Below, piece by piece: positions 9,952 through 18,569 of a stretch of DNA of 64,000 nt. The DNA is taken from assembly GCA_002778455.1 (NCBI GenBank), contig PFCD01000002.1, positions 19,203 to 83,202 of the forward strand. Direction: 5' to 3'. The notes beneath the pieces are model-generated. The model was not told the origin of the DNA, ran no database searches, and saw only the letters and a program-made list of their open reading frames with translations. The number at the start of each line of letters is the position of its first letter. Within the stretch, counting starts at the first letter, position 1. The position numbers were made by a program, and so were the translations under genes. The DNA comes from Candidatus Micrarchaeota archaeon CG10_big_fil_rev_8_21_14_0_10_45_29 (GTDB taxonomy: Archaea; Micrarchaeota; Micrarchaeia; Anstonellales; Anstonellaceae).

Positions 9952-10977
9952 ATGTTCAAGCCATTAAGCAAATGGATGCAGGAGAAAAACTCCGCCTATT
10001 ACAAATCCCCCAACACCTTAATTTATGATGATTTTGCAACCTATGCCCAATCAGAAAAAGGCATGCTAACTTCCGCCAACGCGCGCGACTTTTACTCTTA
10101 TGCAAAAAAAATTGAAAAAAAGCAATACAACATATTGGAAGTAGGGGTGGGAAACGGCGCCTTTTGCGCCGGCTTTTTGGAAGAGATTGCCCGGCTTGAT
10201 GAGAAAAACAACACCTCTATTCTCTCAAAAATAAATTACGTGCTTGCAGATTTTTCCAAGCCAGCGCTTGAGAGGGCGAAAAAATTCAATATAAAACTCT
10301 CTATTTTCTGCGAAATAAAAACAATGTTGCTTGATGCCTCAAAAATGCCGGGCACACCTGAAAAACAAGGCGCAAAAAAAGAAAAAAATAAAAACACAGC
10401 AAATTTCAAGGATATAAAATTTGATTTTATACGCTGCAACGAGCTTTTCTCGGATTTGCCTGCAAACCTTTATTTGCAAAACGAGGATGGCATTTTTCAC
10501 GCGTTAATAGATGAAAAAATGCAGCCTAGCCTTGAAATTGCGCAAAATCCGGATGAGCTTGAGAGAAAGCTTCTTCTCTCTTTGCCAAAAAATATGCTTA
10601 TTCCGATAAACCGGGCAGCGGCTGATTCCATCCTTTATTTCTCAAGCCTGCTTGGCGATGGGGGCCGCATGGACATCTTTGACTACGGGTTTTACAAAAA
10701 AGAGGATTTTGGCATACCCGCGCAAATGTGGAATTTTTCAATAGTGCGGGACTTTGGAGGGCAATGGACGGTTGATTTAAATTTTCTCTATCTTGCAACC
10801 CTTTTCTCATCCTTAGGCAAAAGCGCGCACGTTGAGGCGCAAAAAGAGTATGTGCAAAAAATAATGCAAAAAAAGCTCTCATTATCCGAGGAGAACGGGC
10901 TTGATTATTCGCAAAGCAAGGATAATTTCGAGGAGGATGACTCGTTTTACCACATGCGAATCCAAAATAGCGAATAA
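9952..10977 (+). CDS. Class I SAM-dependent methyltransferase (family uncertain)
   Basis: Motif I ILEVGVGNGAF. ATG lies 7 nt after the dnaJ stop, in the position held by prmA-type methyltransferases in bacterial dnaK operons. Confidence 0.55.
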   Translation: MFKPLSKWMQEKNSAYYKSPNTLIYDDFATYAQSEKGMLTSANARDFYSYAKKIEKKQYNILEVGVGNGAFCAGFLEEIARLDEKNNTSILSKINYVLADFSKPALERAKKFNIKLSIFCEIKTMLLDASKMPGTPEKQGAKKEKNKNTANFKDIKFDFIRCNELFSDLPANLYLQNEDGIFHALIDEKMQPSLEIAQNPDELERKLLLSLPKNMLIPINRAAADSILYFSSLLGDGGRMDIFDYGFYKKEDFGIPAQMWNFSIVRDFGGQWTVDLNFLYLATLFSSLGKSAHVEAQKEYVQKIMQKKLSLSEENGLDYSQSKDNFEEDDSFYHMRIQNSE

Positions 10978-11098
10978 CTCTATTGCCGCAACAAAGCCAA
11001 ATATAAAAAAGCCCGCAAGATTCTTCTCAGCCCGGCCGCAAACCCGCGCCCCCGCATGGCGGCTATAAGAATAAAAAGCTCATCTTGTTAGTGTGTGC

Positions 11099-12094
11099 AT
11101 GCAAATGTTTGAAAAATGCAAGACAGCCTTTCTTTTCAACGACTCCCCTGCCCACACAGTCGACTCAAATTTTTACAAGCACGCGGGCGCAGACATTGAC
11201 GGCTCAATTCTTGTGCTAAGAAAAGGGAAAAAAACCCTCATAACAAGCCAACTAAATTTCTCAGAAGCAAAAAAATTATGCAACTTTTCCGTAAAGCTGT
11301 ATCCGAAAGGAAAAATCGCCCCTTTCCTGAAAAAATTTGCGCCAGCAGGCAGCATCGGGCTTGATTTTGAATCCATTTCCGCCGCCCGCCTTTTGCGCCT
11401 GAAAAAAATATTCGGGAAAAGAATAGTTGACATAAGCTCAACTCTTGCATGGCAAAGGGTGCAAAAAACTCCCGATGAAATAGAAAAAATAAAAAAAGCG
11501 GCGAAAATTTCAAGAAAAATTTTAAGCTCGCTTCACCTCTCTTCAAAAGAGAGCGAAATAGATGTTGCAAACCGCCTCAAAATCGAGTGCTTAAAGGCAG
11601 GGGCGGCTCTTGCATACCCTCCAATAGTGGCATCAGGCAAAAACAGCTCAAACCCGCATCATTCACCTACTAAAAAAAAGCTTGGAAACGGGATAGTGCT
11701 AATCGACTTTGGCGTAAAATATGAAAATTATTGCTCAGACCTTACCCGATGCTTCTTTTTGGGCGCATGCAAAAAAGAAAAGCAAAAATACTCTGAAGCA
11801 AAGCAAATATTTTTTGAAATGCTTCATAGCATGCATCGTTTTCGCACCTGCGCCGCAGTTGCCAAATATTCCCAGTCATGCATGAAAAAAGCCGGATGGC
11901 CGGCGCCGGTGCATGCAATAGGGCACGGAATAGGCCTTGACATCCACGAGCATCCCTATTTTTATGCAAAAACAAAAAAAAGGCTTTTGCCAAATTCAAT
12001 TTTTGCAATAGAGCCGGGCTGTTACCTTTCAAATTTCGGGGTAAGGTATGAGGATGACATTCTTTTAACAAGAAAAAAAGCAAAACTAATATAA
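11099..12094 (+). CDS. M24 family metallopeptidase (Xaa-Pro dipeptidase/aminopeptidase-like)
   Basis: HGIGLDIHEHP, EPG and YEDD metal-ligand motifs of the pita-bread fold. Confidence 0.85.
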   Translation: MQMFEKCKTAFLFNDSPAHTVDSNFYKHAGADIDGSILVLRKGKKTLITSQLNFSEAKKLCNFSVKLYPKGKIAPFLKKFAPAGSIGLDFESISAARLLRLKKIFGKRIVDISSTLAWQRVQKTPDEIEKIKKAAKISRKILSSLHLSSKESEIDVANRLKIECLKAGAALAYPPIVASGKNSSNPHHSPTKKKLGNGIVLIDFGVKYENYCSDLTRCFFLGACKKEKQKYSEAKQIFFEMLHSMHRFRTCAAVAKYSQSCMKKAGWPAPVHAIGHGIGLDIHEHPYFYAKTKKRLLPNSIFAIEPGCYLSNFGVRYEDDILLTRKKAKLI

Positions 12095-12170
12095 AAATGA
12101 AAAACTATTTTTAAAATAAAGCAAAAAGCCCGCTAAAAAAGAAATCAATAAAAAATAAAAAATTCGGGTT

Positions 12171-14711
12171 TCAAAGCCCGAATAGTTTTTTCTTCTTAAG
12201 CCCCCAAAACGCAAACGGAAGGGAAATAATCAATGCAGGAAACGCGCAAAGAGTTCCCTCTTCACTGCATTCTCCCCCTACGCATGAATATCCTTCAGGG
12301 CATTGCGAATCATATTCGCATTCAACAGTTGCTTCCATGCAAATTCCCTGGTTGCATATCTGCCCGCCCGTGCAATCCGAATTGCTCTCACAATAAAAGC
12401 CCCCCTGGTAATCAAGCACAATATCAAGAGAGTCAAAATCCTTCCCTCCCTTATTTACTTTTTCCCAGTATTGCTTGTTTGTAATTGTATATGCATCCGG
12501 CTTTTGCGAATATCCGGGCGAATAAGCGCTTATTGTGGCGGTTGCCCCGTAATCCCCGCGAGGCATTGCCAAATCAAGCGATTTTTCATCAGCAGGCAAA
12601 GGCACGCTATACTCATAGTCATAAATATCATAGGGCGGCTCAAATTCTATTTCCACAACAAAAACCGCATCTATGGGGTTGCCAGAATCATCGCGCACAT
12701 TTACCGCAAGGGATGCGCCCTCTTTCGGCTGAATCTTCCTTCTCTCATTTGAGGCAGAATTTAGGGTAACTCCTATTTTCTCCCCGGCATCATACCCCCC
12801 GTTGCCGTTATCATCTTTGAATATTCCATGCGCTATGAAAAGCTCATCCAAATTGTTTATTCCGTCCTTATCCCCATCCTCTTGCAAGTCCCATCCGCCC
12901 TGCGTCTGCGAGGCATCATACAAATCAGCCAAATTGTATATGTTTCCCTCCGTGCCGTCGGAAAATTTATATTTTCCCCTGAAAAAGCTCCAGAATTTCT
13001 CAGCGCTTACCTGCACATAGTCCTCATCAACCTTGTTTTTGCCGTCAACAAAATCCCAAAGAAGGGAGGCGGCAACAATTTCCTCATCAGGCACATTGGG
13101 CCCAACTCCCCTTCCCACAATTTTGTGGTTTACCTCAATATTCTCAACTCCGGTTCCAACAGGGTAAAGAGAGGGGTATTTTCCGCCGTTAAATTCATTT
13201 ACAAGCAATGCAAAAACTTCCGCCCATCCTTCCACTACAGAATCTGTTGAAGTAGGATTTGCATAGCTTCCATGGTTTGTGTCGCCTGTCATGTAAGGCA
13301 TCCGCTCAAACGCGTCATATTGCACATGATGCCCGAATTCATGAAATTCCCTGTTTATGGGCGCATCAGGATATGTGAAAATGGCGCATCTGTCCCCTAT
13401 GGCTATTCCAAACGGGCCTGTGTGATATGCAGTATCATTTTCCGGCGTAATAAGCACCGGCTCTGGAATAGGCGCTTTGCTCATTTTCTCATTTAGCACT
13501 TCCTCCGCATAATTTAGGGAAAGCCAGGTGTTGTAATACACTTTTGCATATGCCTGCATCACCCAATTCTCATCAGCCATGGGCACATCAAAGCGCAAAT
13601 CCTCGCCATTCTCATCTGCAATCAGCTCAACACCGAATGCAAATTCTGCCGGCTTTCCGGAGAAAAATGCCTGGTTTGGGGGCGCCTGATGCCCGCTTCC
13701 CTCTCCAACATAAATTTTGTTGCCCTTATCCTCCATTATCACGCTAAACTCTCCAACCTGCCCCTCAACTATTTGCAAGGGAGGATTAAACTCAATCAAA
13801 TAATCCCCATTCACATTAGTGTAACCCTCATACTCCCTTCCCCCGTATTCAAATTTATAATGCACTTCAAAAAGCCCCCTCTGCTCAAGGGGTGCGATTC
13901 CAAAAAAGGAAGTCGCAAAAGAATCCCACTGGAAATCCTCATAATATATTTTTCCGCCCATGCTCTTTACTTGCGCCGGAACGCATTCGCAATCAGGGTA
14001 AGGCATCTGCGCCTGCCCTTCGGGGCAGTAATCATCGCACTCTTGGGAAATGCACTCGCAATTCGGATAAGGCATTTGCTCCTCCCCCCATTCACAGTAA
14101 TTCTCGCAAACTTGGGGCACATCAGGCATTTTTTCCTTTATTGCATAAAGTGTTGCGCTTACCGCCCTTTTTTGATAAATCGCCAAGTTCCAGTCACAAA
14201 CCCAATTTGGCAGCCAAATTCTCAGGCGCCCTCCGTAATTTGGCATGCTGACTCCTACAACCGCATAATCCTCATCATTTGACTCCCATCCCTCCTGAAT
14301 AGAGCCAGAAAGAGGAATGCCTACTCCGTTGGGCGCTTTGCTTGAATAAAAATATAATTCTGTCTGGTCGTGCGGCACATAATCCGGGAAAGTGCATATG
14401 CCTCCATCCAGCCTATTATACTCTATAACGTATTGGCTGTATCCCTCTCCTCCGCTTACTGCAGGCACCGAAATTTCCCCATAAGCCCCTTCAGGGTCGC
14501 AGCAGGGGTGCGGCGGCAAAACCGCTCCGGGCCCGTCAGTGGGGTTTATCCACGTTCCGCTTGAGGTGGGGGTGCATTTTACGCAATTGGGCCCTCCCTC
14601 AATGCTAACAGAGCCGATTTTCTCATACTCGTAATTGCTTGAAGGCGCCAGTGCAAAGGCAAAAGAGATGCACAAAAAAAGAAAAACCAGGGATTTTTTT
14701 AAAAAAGCCAT
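12171..14711 (-). CDS. Large secreted zinc metalloprotease-like protein with Cys-rich repeats and a C-terminal membrane anchor
   Basis: Signal peptide and HEFGH (HExxH) motif. Duplicated YC..G..QMPYP.CEC module, Asp-rich DxDxDG-like stretches, two C-terminal Cys-rich modules and a TM segment followed by KKKK. Confidence 0.7.
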   Translation of the reverse strand: MAFLKKSLVFLFLCISFAFALAPSSNYEYEKIGSVSIEGGPNCVKCTPTSSGTWINPTDGPGAVLPPHPCCDPEGAYGEISVPAVSGGEGYSQYVIEYNRLDGGICTFPDYVPHDQTELYFYSSKAPNGVGIPLSGSIQEGWESNDEDYAVVGVSMPNYGGRLRIWLPNWVCDWNLAIYQKRAVSATLYAIKEKMPDVPQVCENYCEWGEEQMPYPNCECISQECDDYCPEGQAQMPYPDCECVPAQVKSMGGKIYYEDFQWDSFATSFFGIAPLEQRGLFEVHYKFEYGGREYEGYTNVNGDYLIEFNPPLQIVEGQVGEFSVIMEDKGNKIYVGEGSGHQAPPNQAFFSGKPAEFAFGVELIADENGEDLRFDVPMADENWVMQAYAKVYYNTWLSLNYAEEVLNEKMSKAPIPEPVLITPENDTAYHTGPFGIAIGDRCAIFTYPDAPINREFHEFGHHVQYDAFERMPYMTGDTNHGSYANPTSTDSVVEGWAEVFALLVNEFNGGKYPSLYPVGTGVENIEVNHKIVGRGVGPNVPDEEIVAASLLWDFVDGKNKVDEDYVQVSAEKFWSFFRGKYKFSDGTEGNIYNLADLYDASQTQGGWDLQEDGDKDGINNLDELFIAHGIFKDDNGNGGYDAGEKIGVTLNSASNERRKIQPKEGASLAVNVRDDSGNPIDAVFVVEIEFEPPYDIYDYEYSVPLPADEKSLDLAMPRGDYGATATISAYSPGYSQKPDAYTITNKQYWEKVNKGGKDFDSLDIVLDYQGGFYCESNSDCTGGQICNQGICMEATVECEYDSQCPEGYSCVGGECSEEGTLCAFPALIISLPFAFWGLKKKKLFGL

Positions 14712-14809
14712 GCCTTTTGCACGTTTTTATCATTTATAATGTTTTTCCGCCGAAAAATTCCACTCATTTTTCAATTTTCTCGCATTTTTTCCATAAGGCG
14801 CAAAAAGCT

Positions 14810-15280
14810 TCAGCCCACCCTTATATTGCCTGTTGCGCGCAAAATTATCTGCTTTGAAATATTTTTTGTGCTGCAAGGGGTGTCAAACACATATTTTTTC
14901 CCTTTTGCATGCACCACAAGCTGCGCCGCAATAAAAAGAGTGTCAAAAAAGCCGGTTTTATATATGGATTTTTCTTTTTCAATATCAGAATATTTTATGA
15001 AAAAATTCTCCTTGTCTTGCGCAAGAAGCTTCCCAATGCTTTTTCCCGCGCCCTTTTTCCTTTTCTCATCTATTGCCGGCTGCGTGCTTGCATAAAACGC
15101 AATCGCCCCCCCTGTTCCCCCTGCCGCGTTTCCAAGCATCGCGCTAACCGTAGTGGAAGTTCCCAAAAATATGCACGCAATGCCTGTATCTGCAAAAACC
15201 AAATCACACGTCTTTTTCATAAGAGCGCCCGGCGGCTTTGCCTGCACGTTCTCAATTATGCCTATTATCCTCTCTTTCAT
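14810..15280 (-). CDS. Hypothetical protein (156 aa)
   Basis: ATG at 15280 (MKERIIGIIE...). No recognised motif. The longer ORF to 15412 would overlap the rps6e start. Confidence 0.45.
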   Translation of the reverse strand: MKERIIGIIENVQAKPPGALMKKTCDLVFADTGIACIFLGTSTTVSAMLGNAAGGTGGAIAFYASTQPAIDEKRKKGAGKSIGKLLAQDKENFFIKYSDIEKEKSIYKTGFFDTLFIAAQLVVHAKGKKYVFDTPCSTKNISKQIILRATGNIRVG

Positions 15281-15380
15281 AAGTTTCTCCTTAGGCGAAT
15301 ATATATAAATACCCATAAGCATAATTTGCATGCTAAGATATTTTCTCTTAGAAGAATTACCGCTAAAGGAGAGTAAGTAT

Positions 15381-15770
15381 ATGAAATTGGTTATATCAGA
15401 AAAAGATGGCAAAAGCTACCAGCTTGAGGTTCCAAAGGCGGCGGAAGGCTCGCTTTTGGGAAGAAAAGTCGGGGACGAGATAGACGGAAGCGCATTGGGC
15501 GCGGCCGGATACACCCTCAAAATTACGGGCGGCTCGGACACTGCCGGCTTTCCCATGCGAAAAGACGTTGACGGCCCGAGAAAAAAGAAGCTTCTTTTGG
15601 GCAATTCGCCCGGAATAAGGGGCGCGGTGCACGGAGAGAGAAAAAAGCGAATTGTGCGCGGCAGAATTATCTCGGACGAAATAATGCAAATCAACTGCAT
15701 TGTTTTGCAGGCAGGCGCAAAGCCCCTCCCAGAGCTTTTCCCCAAAAAGGAAGGGGAGAAAAAAGAATAA
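15381..15770 (+). CDS. rps6e: 30S ribosomal protein S6e
   Basis: MKLVISEKDGKSYQLE...GYTLKITGGSDTAGFPMR is typical of S6e. Confidence 0.93.
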   Translation: MKLVISEKDGKSYQLEVPKAAEGSLLGRKVGDEIDGSALGAAGYTLKITGGSDTAGFPMRKDVDGPRKKKLLLGNSPGIRGAVHGERKKRIVRGRIISDEIMQINCIVLQAGAKPLPELFPKKEGEKKE

Positions 15771-15782
15771 GCAGGTTTTATT

Positions 15783-16982
15783 TTGCAGGCAGAAATAAAC
15801 ATCGGACTTGTGGGTCATGTGGACCATGGCAAGACATCCCTAACAAAAGCGCTGACCGGCAAATGGACCGATACTCATTCTGAAGAGCTGAAAAGGGGAA
15901 TCACAATCCGCGTGGGATACGCGGACACCGCATTTTACAAAAATACCTTAAGCGGAAAATATTTCTCCCGCCACCAAATCCCAAAGGGCGAGGAAGAGCA
16001 TTACAAATTAACAAGAGAAGTCTCATTTTTGGACGCCCCCGGGCATGAGACGCTTATGGCGACAATGATCTCTGCGGCAAGCATTGTAGATGCCGCGCTT
16101 TTGATAATAGCCGCAAACGAGCCCTGCCCGCAGGCGCAGACAACCGAGCATTTGATGGTGCTTGACATTTTGGGGATAAAAAACATAGTAATAGTGCAAA
16201 ACAAAATAGATTTGGTTTCCGAGGAGGAGGCATTGGCTCATTATGAGCAAATAAAAAAATTCACAAAAGGGACGGTAGCGCAAAACGCGCCCGTAATTCC
16301 CATCTCCGCAAATTACCATACAAACATAGACACGCTAATAGAGGCGATAGAGGAGAGCCTTCCCACCCCAAAAAGGGATTTGAAAGCGCCTGCAAAAATG
16401 TATATTGCCCGCTCATTTGACATAAACCGGCCGGGGCAGGAAATTCCCAAGCTTAGCGGAGGGGTGCTTGGCGGCTCAATAATATGCGGGCAGGTAAAAG
16501 TAGGCGACACTCTCTCTTTGCGCCCGGGCCTTTTGAAAAAAGTAAAAGACAAGGATTCATTTGTGCCGGTTGATGTGGGTGTGTTAAGCCTTAATTGCGA
16601 AAATGGAAAGCTTGAGAGCGCACACCCCGGCGGGCTTATAGGCGTCGGCACAAAGCTTGACCCTGCCGTTGTAAAAGGGGATTTGCTTGTAGGGCAAATA
16701 TTGGGGCATAAGGATGCGCTTGGGGAAGTGCTTGACTCGCTTGAGCTTGAATATCTGCTTATAAAAAGAGAAGGGTTTGAAAACCCGCTTCTTCGCGCAG
16801 GCGAGCCTTTGGTAGTATCCATCGGCACCGCCACCTCTATCGGCACCATCACAAAGCTGAAAGGAAAAACCCTTTCCATCAAATTAAAAAGAGCCGTATA
16901 CGCCGAGAAAGGCGCAAAAGTCGCGCTATCGCGAAGAATGGGGCAAAGATGGCGCCTTTCCTGCTTTGGCACCGTAAAATAA
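15783..16982 (+). CDS. eif2g: Translation initiation factor aIF2 gamma subunit (TTG start)
   Basis: GHVDHGKT, DAPGHE and NKID GTPase motifs, with EF-Tu-like domains II/III. Only a TTG is available as start after the rps6e stop. Confidence 0.93.
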   Translation: MQAEINIGLVGHVDHGKTSLTKALTGKWTDTHSEELKRGITIRVGYADTAFYKNTLSGKYFSRHQIPKGEEEHYKLTREVSFLDAPGHETLMATMISAASIVDAALLIIAANEPCPQAQTTEHLMVLDILGIKNIVIVQNKIDLVSEEEALAHYEQIKKFTKGTVAQNAPVIPISANYHTNIDTLIEAIEESLPTPKRDLKAPAKMYIARSFDINRPGQEIPKLSGGVLGGSIICGQVKVGDTLSLRPGLLKKVKDKDSFVPVDVGVLSLNCENGKLESAHPGGLIGVGTKLDPAVVKGDLLVGQILGHKDALGEVLDSLELEYLLIKREGFENPLLRAGEPLVVSIGTATSIGTITKLKGKTLSIKLKRAVYAEKGAKVALSRRMGQRWRLSCFGTVK

Positions 16983-17060
16983 ACTTTTCCAAAATTTCAA
17001 ACCAAAAAACAATTGCCTATAAAATGCCCTATCTATTTGCAAACCGGCCGCAAGCGCCTT

Positions 17061-17100
17061 AAGCCCGCTTTGTCTTTTTCAGGCAATGGCGGGCTTTTGC
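17061..17100 (+). terminator. Hairpin plus T-run downstream of aIF2 gamma
   Basis: AAGCCCGC (17061-17068) pairs with GCGGGCTT (17089-17096), followed by TTG. Confidence 0.3.
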
Positions 17101-17149
17101 CAAATAAATTATATGTTTTTGTTTTGTTGTTTTTGCATGCGGTGCATTT

Positions 17150-18241
17150 ATGGGAAAAAGAAATTCAAAAAAGCATGATTTAACTACCTTTGAGGGGCGC
17201 ATGCAGCCTGCCGAAGAGCAATGGCTCATTCGGCAGTCGCATCCCCAAATTGACCGGCACGAATATTTCAATTTGAGGATAGCAAAGCAGGGCTATCACA
17301 AGGCGGGTGCCCATTCCGCCGCCAAGATGTGCAAATACGCAAAAGATTCTATTTTGAAAAAAGGCGCATGCTACAAAAACAAATTTTACGGCATCTCATC
17401 CCACCGCTGCCTGCAGTGCTCGCCAGTTTTGCAATTTTGCAACCTCTCATGCAAATTCTGCTGGCGTTTAATTCCGGAAGTAAAAGAAGGGTGGCTGAAA
17501 ATGCCCCCCTCCTTTGAGTGGGATTCCCCCGAATTTATAGCAGATGCGCTAATAGCAGAGCAAAAAAGAATAATGTCCGGTTTTTTGGGAAATGAAAAAG
17601 CGGATGCCTCCTTGGCAAAAGAGGCAATGGAGCCGAACCAGGTGGCTCTTTCCCTAATAGGCGAGCCGGCAATGTATCCGCACCTTGGAAAACTTCTTGA
17701 AATTTTTCATAAAAAGAAAATGACCACTTTTCTTGTGACAAATGGCACTTTTCCAAAGGCGCTCGAGCGCCTAAAGCCGCTTCCCACCCAATTATACATC
17801 TCCCTAATAGCCCCGGACGAGAAAACTCATGCATATGTGGCGCAGCAAAGTGAAAATGCGGAAAAATTAATATGGAAAAATTACCTCTCCTCCCTTGACT
17901 TTCTAAAAAAAGCGGGAGAGAAAACCCGCACCGTATTGCGCATGACGCTCACACGGGGGCTAAATGATAATAATTTGCCCGGCTATGCAGAATTGATAAA
18001 GCGAGCAATGCCTCATTATGTGGAAGTAAAATCCATGGTTTATGTGGGGGGCGCAAGAAATTCCTCGCGCGGGCTGCAACTCTCCGACATGCTCTCTGTG
18101 CCAGAAATAGAGGCGATTGCAGAGCAGCTCTCTGACTTAACAGGCTATATTGTGGTGGACACCCACGCCCCCTCACGCGTCACTTTGCTCGCAAGGGATA
18201 AAAACTGTGCTGCAAAAAGATTTTTATGCAAAACGAAATAG
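17150..18241 (+). CDS. taw1: tRNA 4-demethylwyosine synthase Taw1/TYW1 (radical SAM)
   Basis: CNLSCKFC radical-SAM cluster motif preceded by a second Cys cluster (CLQCSPVLQFC). Size and layout match archaeal Taw1. Confidence 0.85.
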   Translation: MGKRNSKKHDLTTFEGRMQPAEEQWLIRQSHPQIDRHEYFNLRIAKQGYHKAGAHSAAKMCKYAKDSILKKGACYKNKFYGISSHRCLQCSPVLQFCNLSCKFCWRLIPEVKEGWLKMPPSFEWDSPEFIADALIAEQKRIMSGFLGNEKADASLAKEAMEPNQVALSLIGEPAMYPHLGKLLEIFHKKKMTTFLVTNGTFPKALERLKPLPTQLYISLIAPDEKTHAYVAQQSENAEKLIWKNYLSSLDFLKKAGEKTRTVLRMTLTRGLNDNNLPGYAELIKRAMPHYVEVKSMVYVGGARNSSRGLQLSDMLSVPEIEAIAEQLSDLTGYIVVDTHAPSRVTLLARDKNCAAKRFLCKTK

Positions 18242-18477
18242 AAGGCATAAAAGCAAGAAACGCCCGCGTTGAGGCAGACAAGGCGTGGGAAACAAGCATC
18301 ACAAGGCGAATAATTATAGCAATAGCAACCTATATCTGCATAGCCGTATTTTTAGTGCTGATAAACGCCCCAAACCCGTATTTTAATTCCCTTGTGCCAA
18401 CAGCAGCTTATATTCTCTCAACGCTTAGCATGCCTTTTCTCAAAAATTTCTGGATAAAGAATTTTTACAAAAAATAA
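18226..18477 (+). CDS. Small membrane protein (83 aa, 2 TM)
   Basis: Overlaps the taw1 stop by 16 nt. N-terminal amphipathic helix (RVEADKAWETS) then two hydrophobic segments. Confidence 0.55.
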   Translation: MQNEIEGIKARNARVEADKAWETSITRRIIIAIATYICIAVFLVLINAPNPYFNSLVPTAAYILSTLSMPFLKNFWIKNFYKK

Positions 18478-18569
18478 ATATTTGCAAAATTTTCGCTTCA
18501 GCCAAGTTTTTAATGCCTTCCGCTCTCCTGCTTTAAATATGTTATTTTGCATATATATCTGTGAATTCT

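Noticed and set aside
13921-13935. CCACTGGAAA, resembling the core of archaeal origin-recognition boxes
   Set aside because: It is a single partial match inside the metalloprotease coding region. There is no repeated or inverted partner and no AT-rich unwinding element.
16313-16972. 219-aa ORF antisense to aIF2 gamma
   Set aside because: Shadow ORF. The plus-strand frame carries all the GTPase motifs.
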